Shown here piece after piece: positions 20,043-28,826 of a DNA stretch of 61,820 nucleotides. The number at the start of each line of letters is the position of its first letter. The stretch's first letter is position 1. The translations under genes and the position numbers were made by a program. This DNA comes from Natronomonas sp. (GTDB taxonomy: Archaea; Halobacteriota; Halobacteria; Halobacteriales; Haloarculaceae). A model generated the notes under the pieces. The model saw only the letters and a program-made list of their open reading frames with translations, had not been told where the DNA came from and searched no databases. Location of the stretch: positions 1 to 61,820 of the forward strand of contig NZ_JAZKTR010000001.1 in NCBI RefSeq assembly GCF_036625485.1, in the 5' to 3' direction.

Positions 20043-20590
20043 CCGAAACGCATCCTCCCGGCGGGCCGTGGGCCCGTAACCTCGCGTCGGCGCTCGGCTA
20101 CCCGCTCACGTCGAACCGCCGACTGCTGGTCGCGGGTGCCGTCGCGGTGCTGACCTACGCACTGCTGGTGTTGAGTACGTTCCCGCAGTTCACGATACAG
20201 CTTCTGACGAGGAACCCGACGGACGTCTTCTATGCGGTGGCGTCGCTGACCCGCGAGACGTATCTGAGCGTCGGCTGGCTCGGCCTGGGTCTCGTCACGA
20301 CATATGCGCTCTTGACGGGCGTGGCCGTGACGAACGCGGTCACGCTCTTCCGCCGAGCGCGCCGCCGGAGCGCCTCGACGGCGCTCGGCATCCTCCCGGG
20401 CTTTCTGGCGGCCGGCTGTGCGAGCTGTGGCGCCGGCGTCCTCGGCGCTTTGGGCTTCGTCGGCGCGATGGCGGCTCTCCCCTTCGAGGGGAACCTCCTT
20501 CGACTCGGCGGTATCCTCCTACTCCTGTTCTTCCTCGGCCGGACCGGCGACCCCCGGACCTGTTCCATCGACGGAGGGCTCCTCTCGTGA
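20039..20590 (+). CDS. Membrane protein with intramembrane GCASC motif
   Basis: ATGA overlap with DsbA gene; about 4 TM segments; LAAGCASCG; C-terminal Cys. Confidence 0.8.
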   Translation: MTETHPPGGPWARNLASALGYPLTSNRRLLVAGAVAVLTYALLVLSTFPQFTIQLLTRNPTDVFYAVASLTRETYLSVGWLGLGLVTTYALLTGVAVTNAVTLFRRARRRSASTALGILPGFLAAGCASCGAGVLGALGFVGAMAALPFEGNLLRLGGILLLLFFLGRTGDPRTCSIDGGLLS

Positions 20591-21012
20591 CGGACGCTGA
20601 ACGTTCGGGTCGCCGACGGCGCCTCCTCAAGAGTCTCGGCGTCGGTATCGGCGCCTTCCTGCTTTTCGGAGTCGTCACGGGCCTTCTCCCGAACCCCATC
20701 TACGTTCGCATGGTCGAGCGCACGCCGGCCGATTACGTCTTCCTCGTCGCGACTGCCGCCTTCGCTGCGGCGTTCGTCTACCAGCGGTCGCTGACCGACG
20801 ACCCCATCGGGGACCGCTTTGCGGCCGGCGGCATCGTCGGCGGTTTCCTCGCCTTCGGCTGTCCGATCTGTAACGCGGTGTTGCTCGCGCTCTTCAGTTC
20901 GTCGGCGCTGATGACCTACTTCGACCCCCTCCGGCCCGTCCTCGGAACCGTGAGCGTCCTGCTTTTCGTCGGCCTGCTCTCCTATCAGCGCCGACGCTGT
21001 ACGCGCTGTTGA
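20587..21012 (+). CDS. Membrane protein with GCPIC motif
   Basis: GTGA overlap; about 4 TM segments; FGCPICN; C-terminal RRRCTRC. Confidence 0.8.
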   Translation: MTDAERSGRRRRLLKSLGVGIGAFLLFGVVTGLLPNPIYVRMVERTPADYVFLVATAAFAAAFVYQRSLTDDPIGDRFAAGGIVGGFLAFGCPICNAVLLALFSSSALMTYFDPLRPVLGTVSVLLFVGLLSYQRRRCTRC

Positions 21013-21170
21013 GAGGCGGATCGGCCCCCCGACCTGAAAATCGGCCGCGTTCCAGAAACTGGGAACCGGCGGCGATTTCTTGTAGCAGGAGGCCCATCTC
21101 CACGACGTTCGGAGTGGGATTTCGGTGGTCCCGAAAGGCCACCGTGCCGACACGATATTCACGACCTGAT

Positions 21171-21545
21171 ATGAGCGATACGACACTGTACGACCGGCTC
21201 GGCGGCCACGACGGCATCCGTGCGGTCGTCGACGATTTCTACGACCGGTTGGTAGCCGACGAGGAGTTGGGACCGTTCTTCGAAGACGCCGACATGGAGC
21301 GGCTCCGGAAGACGCAGACGGATTTCCTCTGTGAGGCGGCCGGCGGGCCGGAGACCTACGACGCGGCTCCGGTCCGTGAGGCCCACCTCCACGTCCCGTT
21401 CACGCCTGACCACATCCAACGAGCGGTCGAACTCCTCTACGAGAGCCTCGACGCCTTCGACGTTCCCGAGGAGGACGCGGATGCGGTCGTCGAGGCGGTA
21501 GCGGCATACGAGGAGGAACTGCTGGCCTCGCCCGAGGACGAGTAA
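21171..21545 (+). CDS. Group I truncated hemoglobin
   Basis: TLYDRLGG, VDDFYDR, FLCEAAGGP..Y, proximal His in REAH. Confidence 0.9.
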   Translation: MSDTTLYDRLGGHDGIRAVVDDFYDRLVADEELGPFFEDADMERLRKTQTDFLCEAAGGPETYDAAPVREAHLHVPFTPDHIQRAVELLYESLDAFDVPEEDADAVVEAVAAYEEELLASPEDE

Positions 21546-21581
21546 GCCGCGCGCTTCGGACGGCCTATCGCGCGGCCTCGT

Positions 21582-22121
21582 CTAGTGGTACGCCTTTTCG
21601 CCGGCTTCGATCGGTACGTCGAGCCAGTTTTCGGTCGGCGGGAGGGGACACTCGTACTCGTCGGAGTAGGCACAAGTCGGGTTGTAGGCCTCGTTGAAAT
21701 CGAGAATCCATGTCCCGTCGTCGGTCCGATGGCTCTCGGGTTCGAGGTCGAGATAGCGACCGGCGCCGTAGGTTTCCTCGCCGCTGGTCGCATCGCGAAA
21801 CGGGACCCAGAGCCGCTCGTCGTCGGGGTCGCTCTTGTAGGCTTCGAGCGTGACTTCCTCGCCGTCGACCTCGAACCGGAACTGTCCCCACCGGAGGTAA
21901 TCCCGCTCACCGTCGGTGCTGGTTCCGACGGTCACCGTCTCCTTGTCGTCGTATTCGTGTAACTCGAGTTCGAACCGATACGACTCGTCGATGGGGTAGT
22001 AGGAGAGCCCCTCGAAGCCGCCCCGTTCGGCCGCCGGTATCGGCGAGTGGGGGTTCGTCCCGAAGTACTCGTCTTTCGCCTCACGGTCCGCTCGAATCTC
22101 GGCCTTCCAGTCCGTGTCCAT
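21582..22121 (-). CDS. DUF1684-family protein
   Basis: PFRDATSGEETYGAGRYL, LDFNEAYNPTCAY...CPLPP..N...I.AGEK. Confidence 0.9.
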   Translation of the reverse strand: MDTDWKAEIRADREAKDEYFGTNPHSPIPAAERGGFEGLSYYPIDESYRFELELHEYDDKETVTVGTSTDGERDYLRWGQFRFEVDGEEVTLEAYKSDPDDERLWVPFRDATSGEETYGAGRYLDLEPESHRTDDGTWILDFNEAYNPTCAYSDEYECPLPPTENWLDVPIEAGEKAYH

Positions 22122-22283
22122 ATCCGTGTCTACCGGTTCGTCGGTTCTATGCTTTCGGCCGTTTCCCACCGCACGGGACGACCCGGAAATCTCGACGTTC
22201 CGCCGGACTCTATAGTCGTTTCCCTCGGCTGGGGTGGACGAAGGGCAATGAAAGGACAGCAAGAGGCGTCGGCTCCCACCGCC

Positions 22284-22820
22284 TCAGTCGATGACGATAG
22301 AGCCCTTCATACCGAGCGACAGGTGTGGTTCACAGTGGTAGAGTGCGATGCCGGACTCGTCGAACGTGTACGAGTACTCGTTATCGGCTCCATCAACTGC
22401 TTCACCGGAACTGAACTCGTAGTCGGATTCGCCGATCTGATCGTCCGGTTCGGCCTCGACGTTGTGGGCCCCGCCCTCACCGGTCCACTCCCACAGGATC
22501 TCGGTTCCGGACGAAACAGCTACCGCGGATGGTCCGTACGCTAACCCGTCGTCCCCGGCTCCGACGTCTATCGACACATCGCTCTCCTCACGGAGATCCA
22601 TGATCTCCCCATCGTAATTATTCGCCGCATCACCGACGTCCGTCTCGGTCATCCACTCGTCGACGGCCGGATAGTCGCTTCCCGGAATCGTGTCCGCACC
22701 GTTTCCGTTCCCGTCGTCGCCGGCACAGCCCGCTAACCCCGCGACGCCCGCTGCCGAAAGTGTGGCGATCGATTTGAGAACCGTACGTCGCTTTCCCTTC
22801 CCGCGTGGCATTCGTTCCAT
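22284..22820 (-). CDS. Halocyanin (type-1 blue copper lipoprotein)
   Basis: RRTVLK Tat signal, LAGC lipobox, HNV and YHCEPHLSLGM Cu ligands. Confidence 0.9.
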   Translation of the reverse strand: MERMPRGKGKRRTVLKSIATLSAAGVAGLAGCAGDDGNGNGADTIPGSDYPAVDEWMTETDVGDAANNYDGEIMDLREESDVSIDVGAGDDGLAYGPSAVAVSSGTEILWEWTGEGGAHNVEAEPDDQIGESDYEFSSGEAVDGADNEYSYTFDESGIALYHCEPHLSLGMKGSIVID

Positions 22821-23004
22821 AGTACTAAACTATTGTTCTCGATGCACATATATTGTAACCTCTTCTGACCCTTCAGAAAGTAGTGAAAGACGGCTTGTAC
22901 CCGTGTATAGTCCCAAATTCTCGTGGATTTATATCTCGGTTGACATTCGGTGATGGGATAATACCGGTATCTCGCCGGACGCGTTCGGCTGTTACGGCCC
23001 GGCT

Positions 23005-23946
23005 TCAGGAATAGCGAGGCAGCGTGGTCAACTCGCCCAACGGCGCATAAAACAGGAGGTGCTCTCGTCCGAGGTCTCCCGGGGCTGGCCGGCGGTCACC
23101 GCCGGTGTGAACGGCCTGCGCGACGAGATAGTTGAACCCGAACGTGAGTTTGAAGTAGTCCTCGACGAGCCCTTCGTCGATGGTCGCTGCGAGGGCGTCG
23201 TGAATCACCCGGCCTTTGGTTCGGGCGGTCTCACACCCCGGTTCGGGGAAGAACTCCCTGGCGAAGAACGCGTATTCCGCCTCGGCATCGAGGAACTCCG
23301 GGACCACGTCTTCGATCGACTCGGGTGGGCCCGCTTCGAGCGCCGCATCGTGTATCCGGTCGGCAAACGGGGCGACGGACTGCCACTCCGGTGACGGCGA
23401 GTCCGGAGACCGGTTCTGATAGAAGTCGATACAACAGTCGGGATAGCCGTGTAATCGGCCCTGATACCGCTCGAAGGCTTCGAACGAATCCGCTACGACC
23501 GCCTCGACGTTCTCTCGCATGACCGCCTCCGGCGTCGGGGCGTCGTCTTCCCGGAAGAGGTACACGCGAGCGCCGTAATGGAGACGGTTGTCCGTACGTA
23601 GCCACTCCGGAACGACGAAACAGCGACCGGGAAACTGTCGGTCGAGGTAGTCGACTTCCGGAACGGTTCGTAACTGCCGACGAAACCGACGGGACGCCTC
23701 CCAGAGGTGCTGTTCGGTGAGCGATTCGACCCTCACGTCGATGCGTTCGTAGGTCTCCTTGGAGTCTCGCAGGCCGGCTAGCCGTCGTTCACTGGGCGAG
23801 AACTCGTCGGCCGTCCGCAGTGCTCGCGACTGCCCGGCGAAATACGTCTCGTCGAGCTGGATGCTGGCTCCCTTCCTGTGCCCGTCGAGTACCGCCTGTC
23901 CACTCAGCGCGGCAAACGTCGGGAGACGACGAATACCGTCGGACAC
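23005..23946 (-). CDS. Hypothetical protein with GYPDCC motif (DUF483-like)
   Basis: Long ORF with HGYPDCCIDFY and FFPEPGC; start uncertain (GTG 23946 or TTG 23982). Confidence 0.6.
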   Translation of the reverse strand: MSDGIRRLPTFAALSGQAVLDGHRKGASIQLDETYFAGQSRALRTADEFSPSERRLAGLRDSKETYERIDVRVESLTEQHLWEASRRFRRQLRTVPEVDYLDRQFPGRCFVVPEWLRTDNRLHYGARVYLFREDDAPTPEAVMRENVEAVVADSFEAFERYQGRLHGYPDCCIDFYQNRSPDSPSPEWQSVAPFADRIHDAALEAGPPESIEDVVPEFLDAEAEYAFFAREFFPEPGCETARTKGRVIHDALAATIDEGLVEDYFKLTFGFNYLVAQAVHTGGDRRPAPGDLGREHLLFYAPLGELTTLPRYS

Positions 23947-24271
23947 GTCACGCTCTCCTGTGGTCGTCTGCGGCCGGATCAACGCCCATGCTCCGTGTCT
24001 CCATTACGAACGCGAACCTCGTTAAAGACAGGGCTACCGAGAACTGCCGTTCGTATTTTCCCGTAACTGATCGGTCCCCCCATCGCCCGACACTATCGGA
24101 CCGTTCGAGGACTCGTCTCAGCGAAATCCGCTGTTTGCAGGGAACCCTTTTGCCGGTACCGGCCGAACGGTGCGATATGCGAGAGACGTTCGTCAGCGGC
24201 GGCGATACCGCGTGGACGAGCGCGGCCGACGAGGCGAAACACGGCGGCACCGAGGGAACCCGCGACTAACG

Positions 24272-25519
24272 ATGGCTGCCGACACTCCCACCGCGTTCGT
24301 CGAGCGCCGCCGCGACGAACTGGTCGAACGCACCCTCGATCTGCTGTCGGTCGACACCGCGAACCCGCCGGGGTCGACCCGCGATATCGTCGACTTCATC
24401 GAGGCGTATCTCGATTCCTTTGACGTCGATATCGAACGGGTCGCCGTCGACCCGGCGAAACCCAATCTTCTGGTCACCGTCGACGGGGCGGGCGACGGAA
24501 CGCTCCTCTACAACGGCCATCTGGATACGGTCCCGTTCGACGCCGACGCCTGGAGCCACGACCCGCTCGGGGAACGCGTCGACGACCGCGTGTACGGCCG
24601 CGGCGCGACCGACATGAAGGGTTCAGTCGCCGCGATGCTGTTCGTCATCGAGGCCTACACCGAAACCGGAACGACCCCGCCCGTCGACCTCGCCTTCGCG
24701 TTCGTCAGCGACGAGGAGGTAAGCGGCGATGCCGGTCTGCCGGCGCTTCTGAAGGACGACCGCCTCGCTGCCGACGCCTGCGTCATCGGCGAGCCGACCT
24801 GCGAGGAGGGCCGCCACTCGGTGACGGTCGCCGACCGCGGGAGCATCTGGCTGACGCTCGACGCCCGCGGCGAGGCGGCCCACGGATCGCGGCCGATGCT
24901 TGGCGAGAACGCCATCGACCGCCTCTACGCGGGTATCGAGACGCTTCGCGAGTGGTTCGGCACCTGGGAGTTCGACCTCGATGCCGCGATGGTCCCCATC
25001 GTCGAGGAGTCGGTCGAGTACTACGCGCCGATGATGGGCGAAACCGAGGCCCGGAAGCTGTTCACGTCCCCGACGATCAATCTGGGGACCATCGAAGGCG
25101 GGGAGGCCATCAACAGCGTCCCGCAGTCGGCACGCGCCGAGATCGATATCCGGCTGACGGCGGGCGTCCAGACGCCGGCGATGCTCTCGGCGATCCGGGC
25201 GTGTGCCGCCGACTGCGAGGGCGTCACCATCGTCGACGTCTCCTGGAGCAACGGGACTGCCGAACCCGTCGACAGCCCGCTGGTCGAAGCCGTCGCCTCG
25301 ACGGCAGAGGACGTGGTCGGCGAGCGGGTCTACCGACGAAGCGCGACCGGGGGCGGCGACGCGAAGAAACTCAGAACCGCTGAAATTCCGACCGTCGAGT
25401 TCGCCTTCGGGACCGATACGGTCCATGCCGTCGACGAGTACACGACCGTCGATGCCCTCGTCGATAACGCGGCCGTCTACGCCCGCCTCCCGGAGGCGCT
25501 GGCGAGCGCGATTCGGTGA
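24272..25519 (+). CDS. M20/ArgE/DapE-family metallopeptidase or deacylase
   Basis: YNGHLDTV, YGRGATDMKG, SDEE, IGEPT, AHGS, HAVDE. Confidence 0.92.
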   Translation: MAADTPTAFVERRRDELVERTLDLLSVDTANPPGSTRDIVDFIEAYLDSFDVDIERVAVDPAKPNLLVTVDGAGDGTLLYNGHLDTVPFDADAWSHDPLGERVDDRVYGRGATDMKGSVAAMLFVIEAYTETGTTPPVDLAFAFVSDEEVSGDAGLPALLKDDRLAADACVIGEPTCEEGRHSVTVADRGSIWLTLDARGEAAHGSRPMLGENAIDRLYAGIETLREWFGTWEFDLDAAMVPIVEESVEYYAPMMGETEARKLFTSPTINLGTIEGGEAINSVPQSARAEIDIRLTAGVQTPAMLSAIRACAADCEGVTIVDVSWSNGTAEPVDSPLVEAVASTAEDVVGERVYRRSATGGGDAKKLRTAEIPTVEFAFGTDTVHAVDEYTTVDALVDNAAVYARLPEALASAIR

Positions 25520-25598
25520 CAGCGTTCGAGCGACGGGCCGACGGACGGTCCCCGTCCGTGGGAATCGCCACAAGTACTTAAATACGGATGGGGCGTAA

Positions 25599-25619
25599 TA
25601 TTGGGTATGGAGACCAATA
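25599..25619. promoter_or_regulatory. TATTG-N11-CAATA operator (site 1)
   Basis: TATTGGGTATGGAGACCAATA; overlaps the start codon at 25607. Confidence 0.65.
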
Positions 25620-25825
25620 TCGGTTCCACCGACCGGATCGTCCGACTCGTGGCCGGCGTGATACTGGCGGGCCTCGGCCTCGCGAACTTCGCCGGTGTCG
25701 TGGAACTCGGCTACACCGTCGCCCTGATCGCCATCATCGTCGGGGCCGTCCTCGTCGGGACCGCCATGACCCGGATGTGCCTGATCTACCGGATCGCCGG
25801 CGTCGATACCTGCCAGACGCGGTAG
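25607..25825 (+). CDS. DUF2892/YgaP-like small membrane protein
   Basis: NIGSTDRIVR, two TM segments, TRMCLIYRIAGVDTC. Confidence 0.85.
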   Translation: METNIGSTDRIVRLVAGVILAGLGLANFAGVVELGYTVALIAIIVGAVLVGTAMTRMCLIYRIAGVDTCQTR

Positions 25826-25826
25826 G

Positions 25827-26420
25827 ATGGAGCGGTTCCAGAACACGGGCCAACCCGACTGGGACTGGTGGGGTCGGCTGTGGCCGACGCCCGGGGAGAC
25901 GTTGCGCCGACTCGGCGTCGAATCGGGCGAGTCGCTCGCCGAGGTCGGGTCCGGCAACGGCTACTTCGCGCTTCCAGCCGCCAGGATAACCGGCCCCGGA
26001 ACGGTGTACGCCATCGACCTCGACGAGTCCCTGCTCGCGGAACTGGAAACCCTCGCCGACCGGCAGGGCATCGACAACGTCGAACCCCGCTGCTGTGACG
26101 CGCGGGCGCTGACGAACGACCTTCCCGAGGCCGTCGATACGGTCCTGCTGGCGAACACGTTCCACGGAATCGCCGACCCCGAGTCCTTCGCCGCAGAGGC
26201 GTTCAAAGCGCTTGCCTCCGAGGGTCGGTTCCTCGTCGTCAACTGGCACGACCGCTCGCGTGCCGAGACGACCGTTCTGGGCGAACCGCGCGGGCCGCCG
26301 ACCGAACTCCGGATTTCACCCTCGGAGACGCGGGCCATCGTCGAGAACACCGCCCCGTTTTCGACGGTCCGTCGCATCGAATTACCGCCCTACCACTACG
26401 CGCTCTGCTTCGAGCGGTAG
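25827..26420 (+). CDS. Class I SAM-dependent methyltransferase
   Basis: AEVGSGNGYF, YAIDLD, LANTFH, PRGPP. Confidence 0.85.
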   Translation: MERFQNTGQPDWDWWGRLWPTPGETLRRLGVESGESLAEVGSGNGYFALPAARITGPGTVYAIDLDESLLAELETLADRQGIDNVEPRCCDARALTNDLPEAVDTVLLANTFHGIADPESFAAEAFKALASEGRFLVVNWHDRSRAETTVLGEPRGPPTELRISPSETRAIVENTAPFSTVRRIELPPYHYALCFER

Positions 26421-26487
26421 CGCGGTCGGTCCCTTCCGAAGGCCGTCCCCGAGGTCGCTGACTGGCCCGCGAAGCGTTGTTTCATTA

Positions 26488-26508
26488 TCTTGGAATTAGA
26501 GTGCAATA
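26488..26508. promoter_or_regulatory. TTG-N11-CAATA operator (site 2)
   Basis: TCTTGGAATTAGAGTGCAATA abutting TATTAATA upstream of tusA-sqr. Confidence 0.6.
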
Positions 26509-26542
26509 TTAATACGTCCCCGTCGAAGGTACACCTGTACCA

Positions 26543-26785
26543 ATGACCGAGACCGATATCGAACCAACCGCGACCGTCGATGCCCGTGGCGCCGCCTGCC
26601 CCGGTCCCCTGATGGACCTCATCGGCAAGATCCGGGACGTGGAGTCCGGCGACGTCGTGCGACTGTTGAGCGACAACGAGCAGTCGCTGACCGACGTCTC
26701 CGAGTGGGCCGAGGAGGCCGGTAACGAACTCCTCACCGTCGAGGAACTGGAGGACCACTACGAGTTCTACGTGGAGAAAGCATGA
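26543..26785 (+). CDS. TusA-family sulfur carrier
   Basis: VDARGAACPGP motif; 80 aa. Confidence 0.9.
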   Translation: MTETDIEPTATVDARGAACPGPLMDLIGKIRDVESGDVVRLLSDNEQSLTDVSEWAEEAGNELLTVEELEDHYEFYVEKA

Positions 26786-27924
26786 CCGAACACGTCGTCA
26801 TCCTCGGTGGCGGGACCGGCGGGACCGTGCTGGCCAACGACCTCGCCGACCGACTCGACTCGGAGCTGGACGCCGACGAGGTCCGCGTCACGCTCGTCAA
26901 CGACGGCCCGGACCACGTTTATAAACCGGTCTGGCTGTACGTCCCGTTCGGTCAGCGCGAACCCGAGGACGGCCGCCGGCAGCTTTCCGAACTCGTCGAC
27001 GACCGCATCGACCTCCGCATCGACCGCGTGACCGACATCGACACGGACGCCCAGCGACTCCGGTGTCGCGAGGGCCGCTCGCTCGAGTACGACTACCTCG
27101 TCCTCGCGACCGGGTCGACGCTCGCCCCGGAGGAGATTCCCGGCCTCGAGGATGCCGGTCACGACTACTACAGCGAGACGGGCGCCGAACGGCTTCGCGA
27201 TGAGTTGCTCTCCTTCACCGAGGGCCACCTCGTGTTGAGCGTCATCGGGACGCCGCACATGTGCCCGGCCGCGCCGCTGGAGTTCGTGTTCATGGCCGAC
27301 GACTGGTTCCGAGAGCGCGGCCTCCGCGAGGACGTCGACATCACTTACACCTACCCCATCCAGCGGGTCCACGGCAACCCCAACATCGCCGAGTGGGCAC
27401 AGCCGATCATGGAGGACCGCGATATCAATATCGAGACGTTCTTCAACGCCGAGGAGATCGACCCCGAGGCCCAAGCCATCACCTCGATGGAGGGGTCCGA
27501 CCTCGAGTACGACCTCCTCGTGTCGATTCCGCCCCACCGCGGTATCGACCTCGTCGAGGAGGCGGGCCTCGGCGACAACGGCTGGGTCGACGTCGACAAA
27601 CACACCCTCGAAGCCGAGGCCGCGGAGAACGTCTACGCGCTCGGTGACACGGCCGATACGGGCGTGCCGAACGCCGGCAGCGTCGCCCACTATCAGGCGG
27701 GCGTCGTCGCCCAGCGACTCGCCAGCGATATCCGCGGCCGCCCGGCGACGGCGACCTACGACGGCAAGACGCTGTGCTTCATCGAGACCGGCATGGACGC
27801 GGCCTCGTTCGTCGAGTTCGACTACGAGAACCCGCCGTCGCCGGCGCCGCCTTCCCAGAAGCTCCACTGGTCGAAGCTCGCGTACAACGAATCCTACTGG
27901 CTCACCGCGAAAGGGTTGCTCTGA
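26782..27924 (+). CDS. Sulfide:quinone oxidoreductase-like flavoprotein (type III-like)
   Basis: GGGTGG FAD motif, YDYLVLATG, HMCPAAPLE (Cys 1), YALGD, YDGKTLCFIETG (Cys 2). Confidence 0.82.
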   Translation: MTEHVVILGGGTGGTVLANDLADRLDSELDADEVRVTLVNDGPDHVYKPVWLYVPFGQREPEDGRRQLSELVDDRIDLRIDRVTDIDTDAQRLRCREGRSLEYDYLVLATGSTLAPEEIPGLEDAGHDYYSETGAERLRDELLSFTEGHLVLSVIGTPHMCPAAPLEFVFMADDWFRERGLREDVDITYTYPIQRVHGNPNIAEWAQPIMEDRDINIETFFNAEEIDPEAQAITSMEGSDLEYDLLVSIPPHRGIDLVEEAGLGDNGWVDVDKHTLEAEAAENVYALGDTADTGVPNAGSVAHYQAGVVAQRLASDIRGRPATATYDGKTLCFIETGMDAASFVEFDYENPPSPAPPSQKLHWSKLAYNESYWLTAKGLL

Positions 27925-27926
27925 CC

Positions 27927-28583
27927 ATGTCCGAGGAAACGCCCACAGCGGAGGCCGCTTCCGAGGAGTCGCCGCTCGAGGGGACCGAACTCGAGGAGGC
28001 CATCGCCGAGAACCCCGACGAAGTCGCCGAGTTCGTCCGCCGGCTGGACGCCGTCAACGAGTTGCTCGACGTGCTCGCACTCGGCGAGGGCGCCCTCACC
28101 GACGAGATGGTGCGGGATATGGCCGATACGACGGCGACGCTGGCCGAATCCGCCGATGGCATCGCGACCGACGAGACCATCGGGTTGGCCGAGTCGGTCG
28201 GCCAGAACGGCGCGGAACTGCAGGAGGCACTCGAATCGCTGGTCGTTCTCCAGCGGTCCGGTTCGCTCGACGAACTGGTCGAACTCGCGGAGGTCGCCTC
28301 GCTTCTGACCGCCGCACTCGACGACGAGATGGTCCGGTCGCTCGCCAAGACGGGCTCCTCGCTCGGCGAGGTCGCCGAAACGGCCGCCGACGAGGACACT
28401 CGGAACGGCCTCGAGACGGTCATGCAGAGCGTCGGCGACGCCGAGAGCGAGCCGCCGGAAAAGGTCGGCCCCCTCGGACTGGTGAAGGCCTCGCGGGACC
28501 CGGACGTCCAGTACGGCCTCGGGTATCTGCTCTCCATCGCGGCGGCCATCGGCCGCTCGCGTGCGGACGGTGTCGAACCGTAA
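27927..28583 (+). CDS. DUF1641-family protein
   Basis: Helical acidic repeats; C-terminal VGPLGLVKASRDPDVQYGLG signature. Confidence 0.85.
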   Translation: MSEETPTAEAASEESPLEGTELEEAIAENPDEVAEFVRRLDAVNELLDVLALGEGALTDEMVRDMADTTATLAESADGIATDETIGLAESVGQNGAELQEALESLVVLQRSGSLDELVELAEVASLLTAALDDEMVRSLAKTGSSLGEVAETAADEDTRNGLETVMQSVGDAESEPPEKVGPLGLVKASRDPDVQYGLGYLLSIAAAIGRSRADGVEP

Positions 28584-28661
28584 GCGGCCGTTCGATTTCG
28601 TCTTCGGCTCGGTACGGTCGTCGTGGGGTGTCTCCGTCCGGTCGAGAGTCCGCCATTATAG

Positions 28662-28682
28662 TATTGTGTTATATTCCCAAAA
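28662..28682. promoter_or_regulatory. TATTG-N11-CAAAA operator (site 3)
   Basis: TATTGTGTTATATTCCCAAAA followed by TTATTAAA. Confidence 0.6.
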
Positions 28683-28826
28683 TTATTAAACACCCGAATC
28701 GTACCTCTCGATATGGCTATAGGTGAAACGGGTAGAGACAGTGCCATCCCGCTCGATGCGGGGTCGCTCGCGACCGTCACCGAACCGGTCAGTGTCCGTC
28801 TCGCCGAGTCCTCCCTCTAACGCAAT

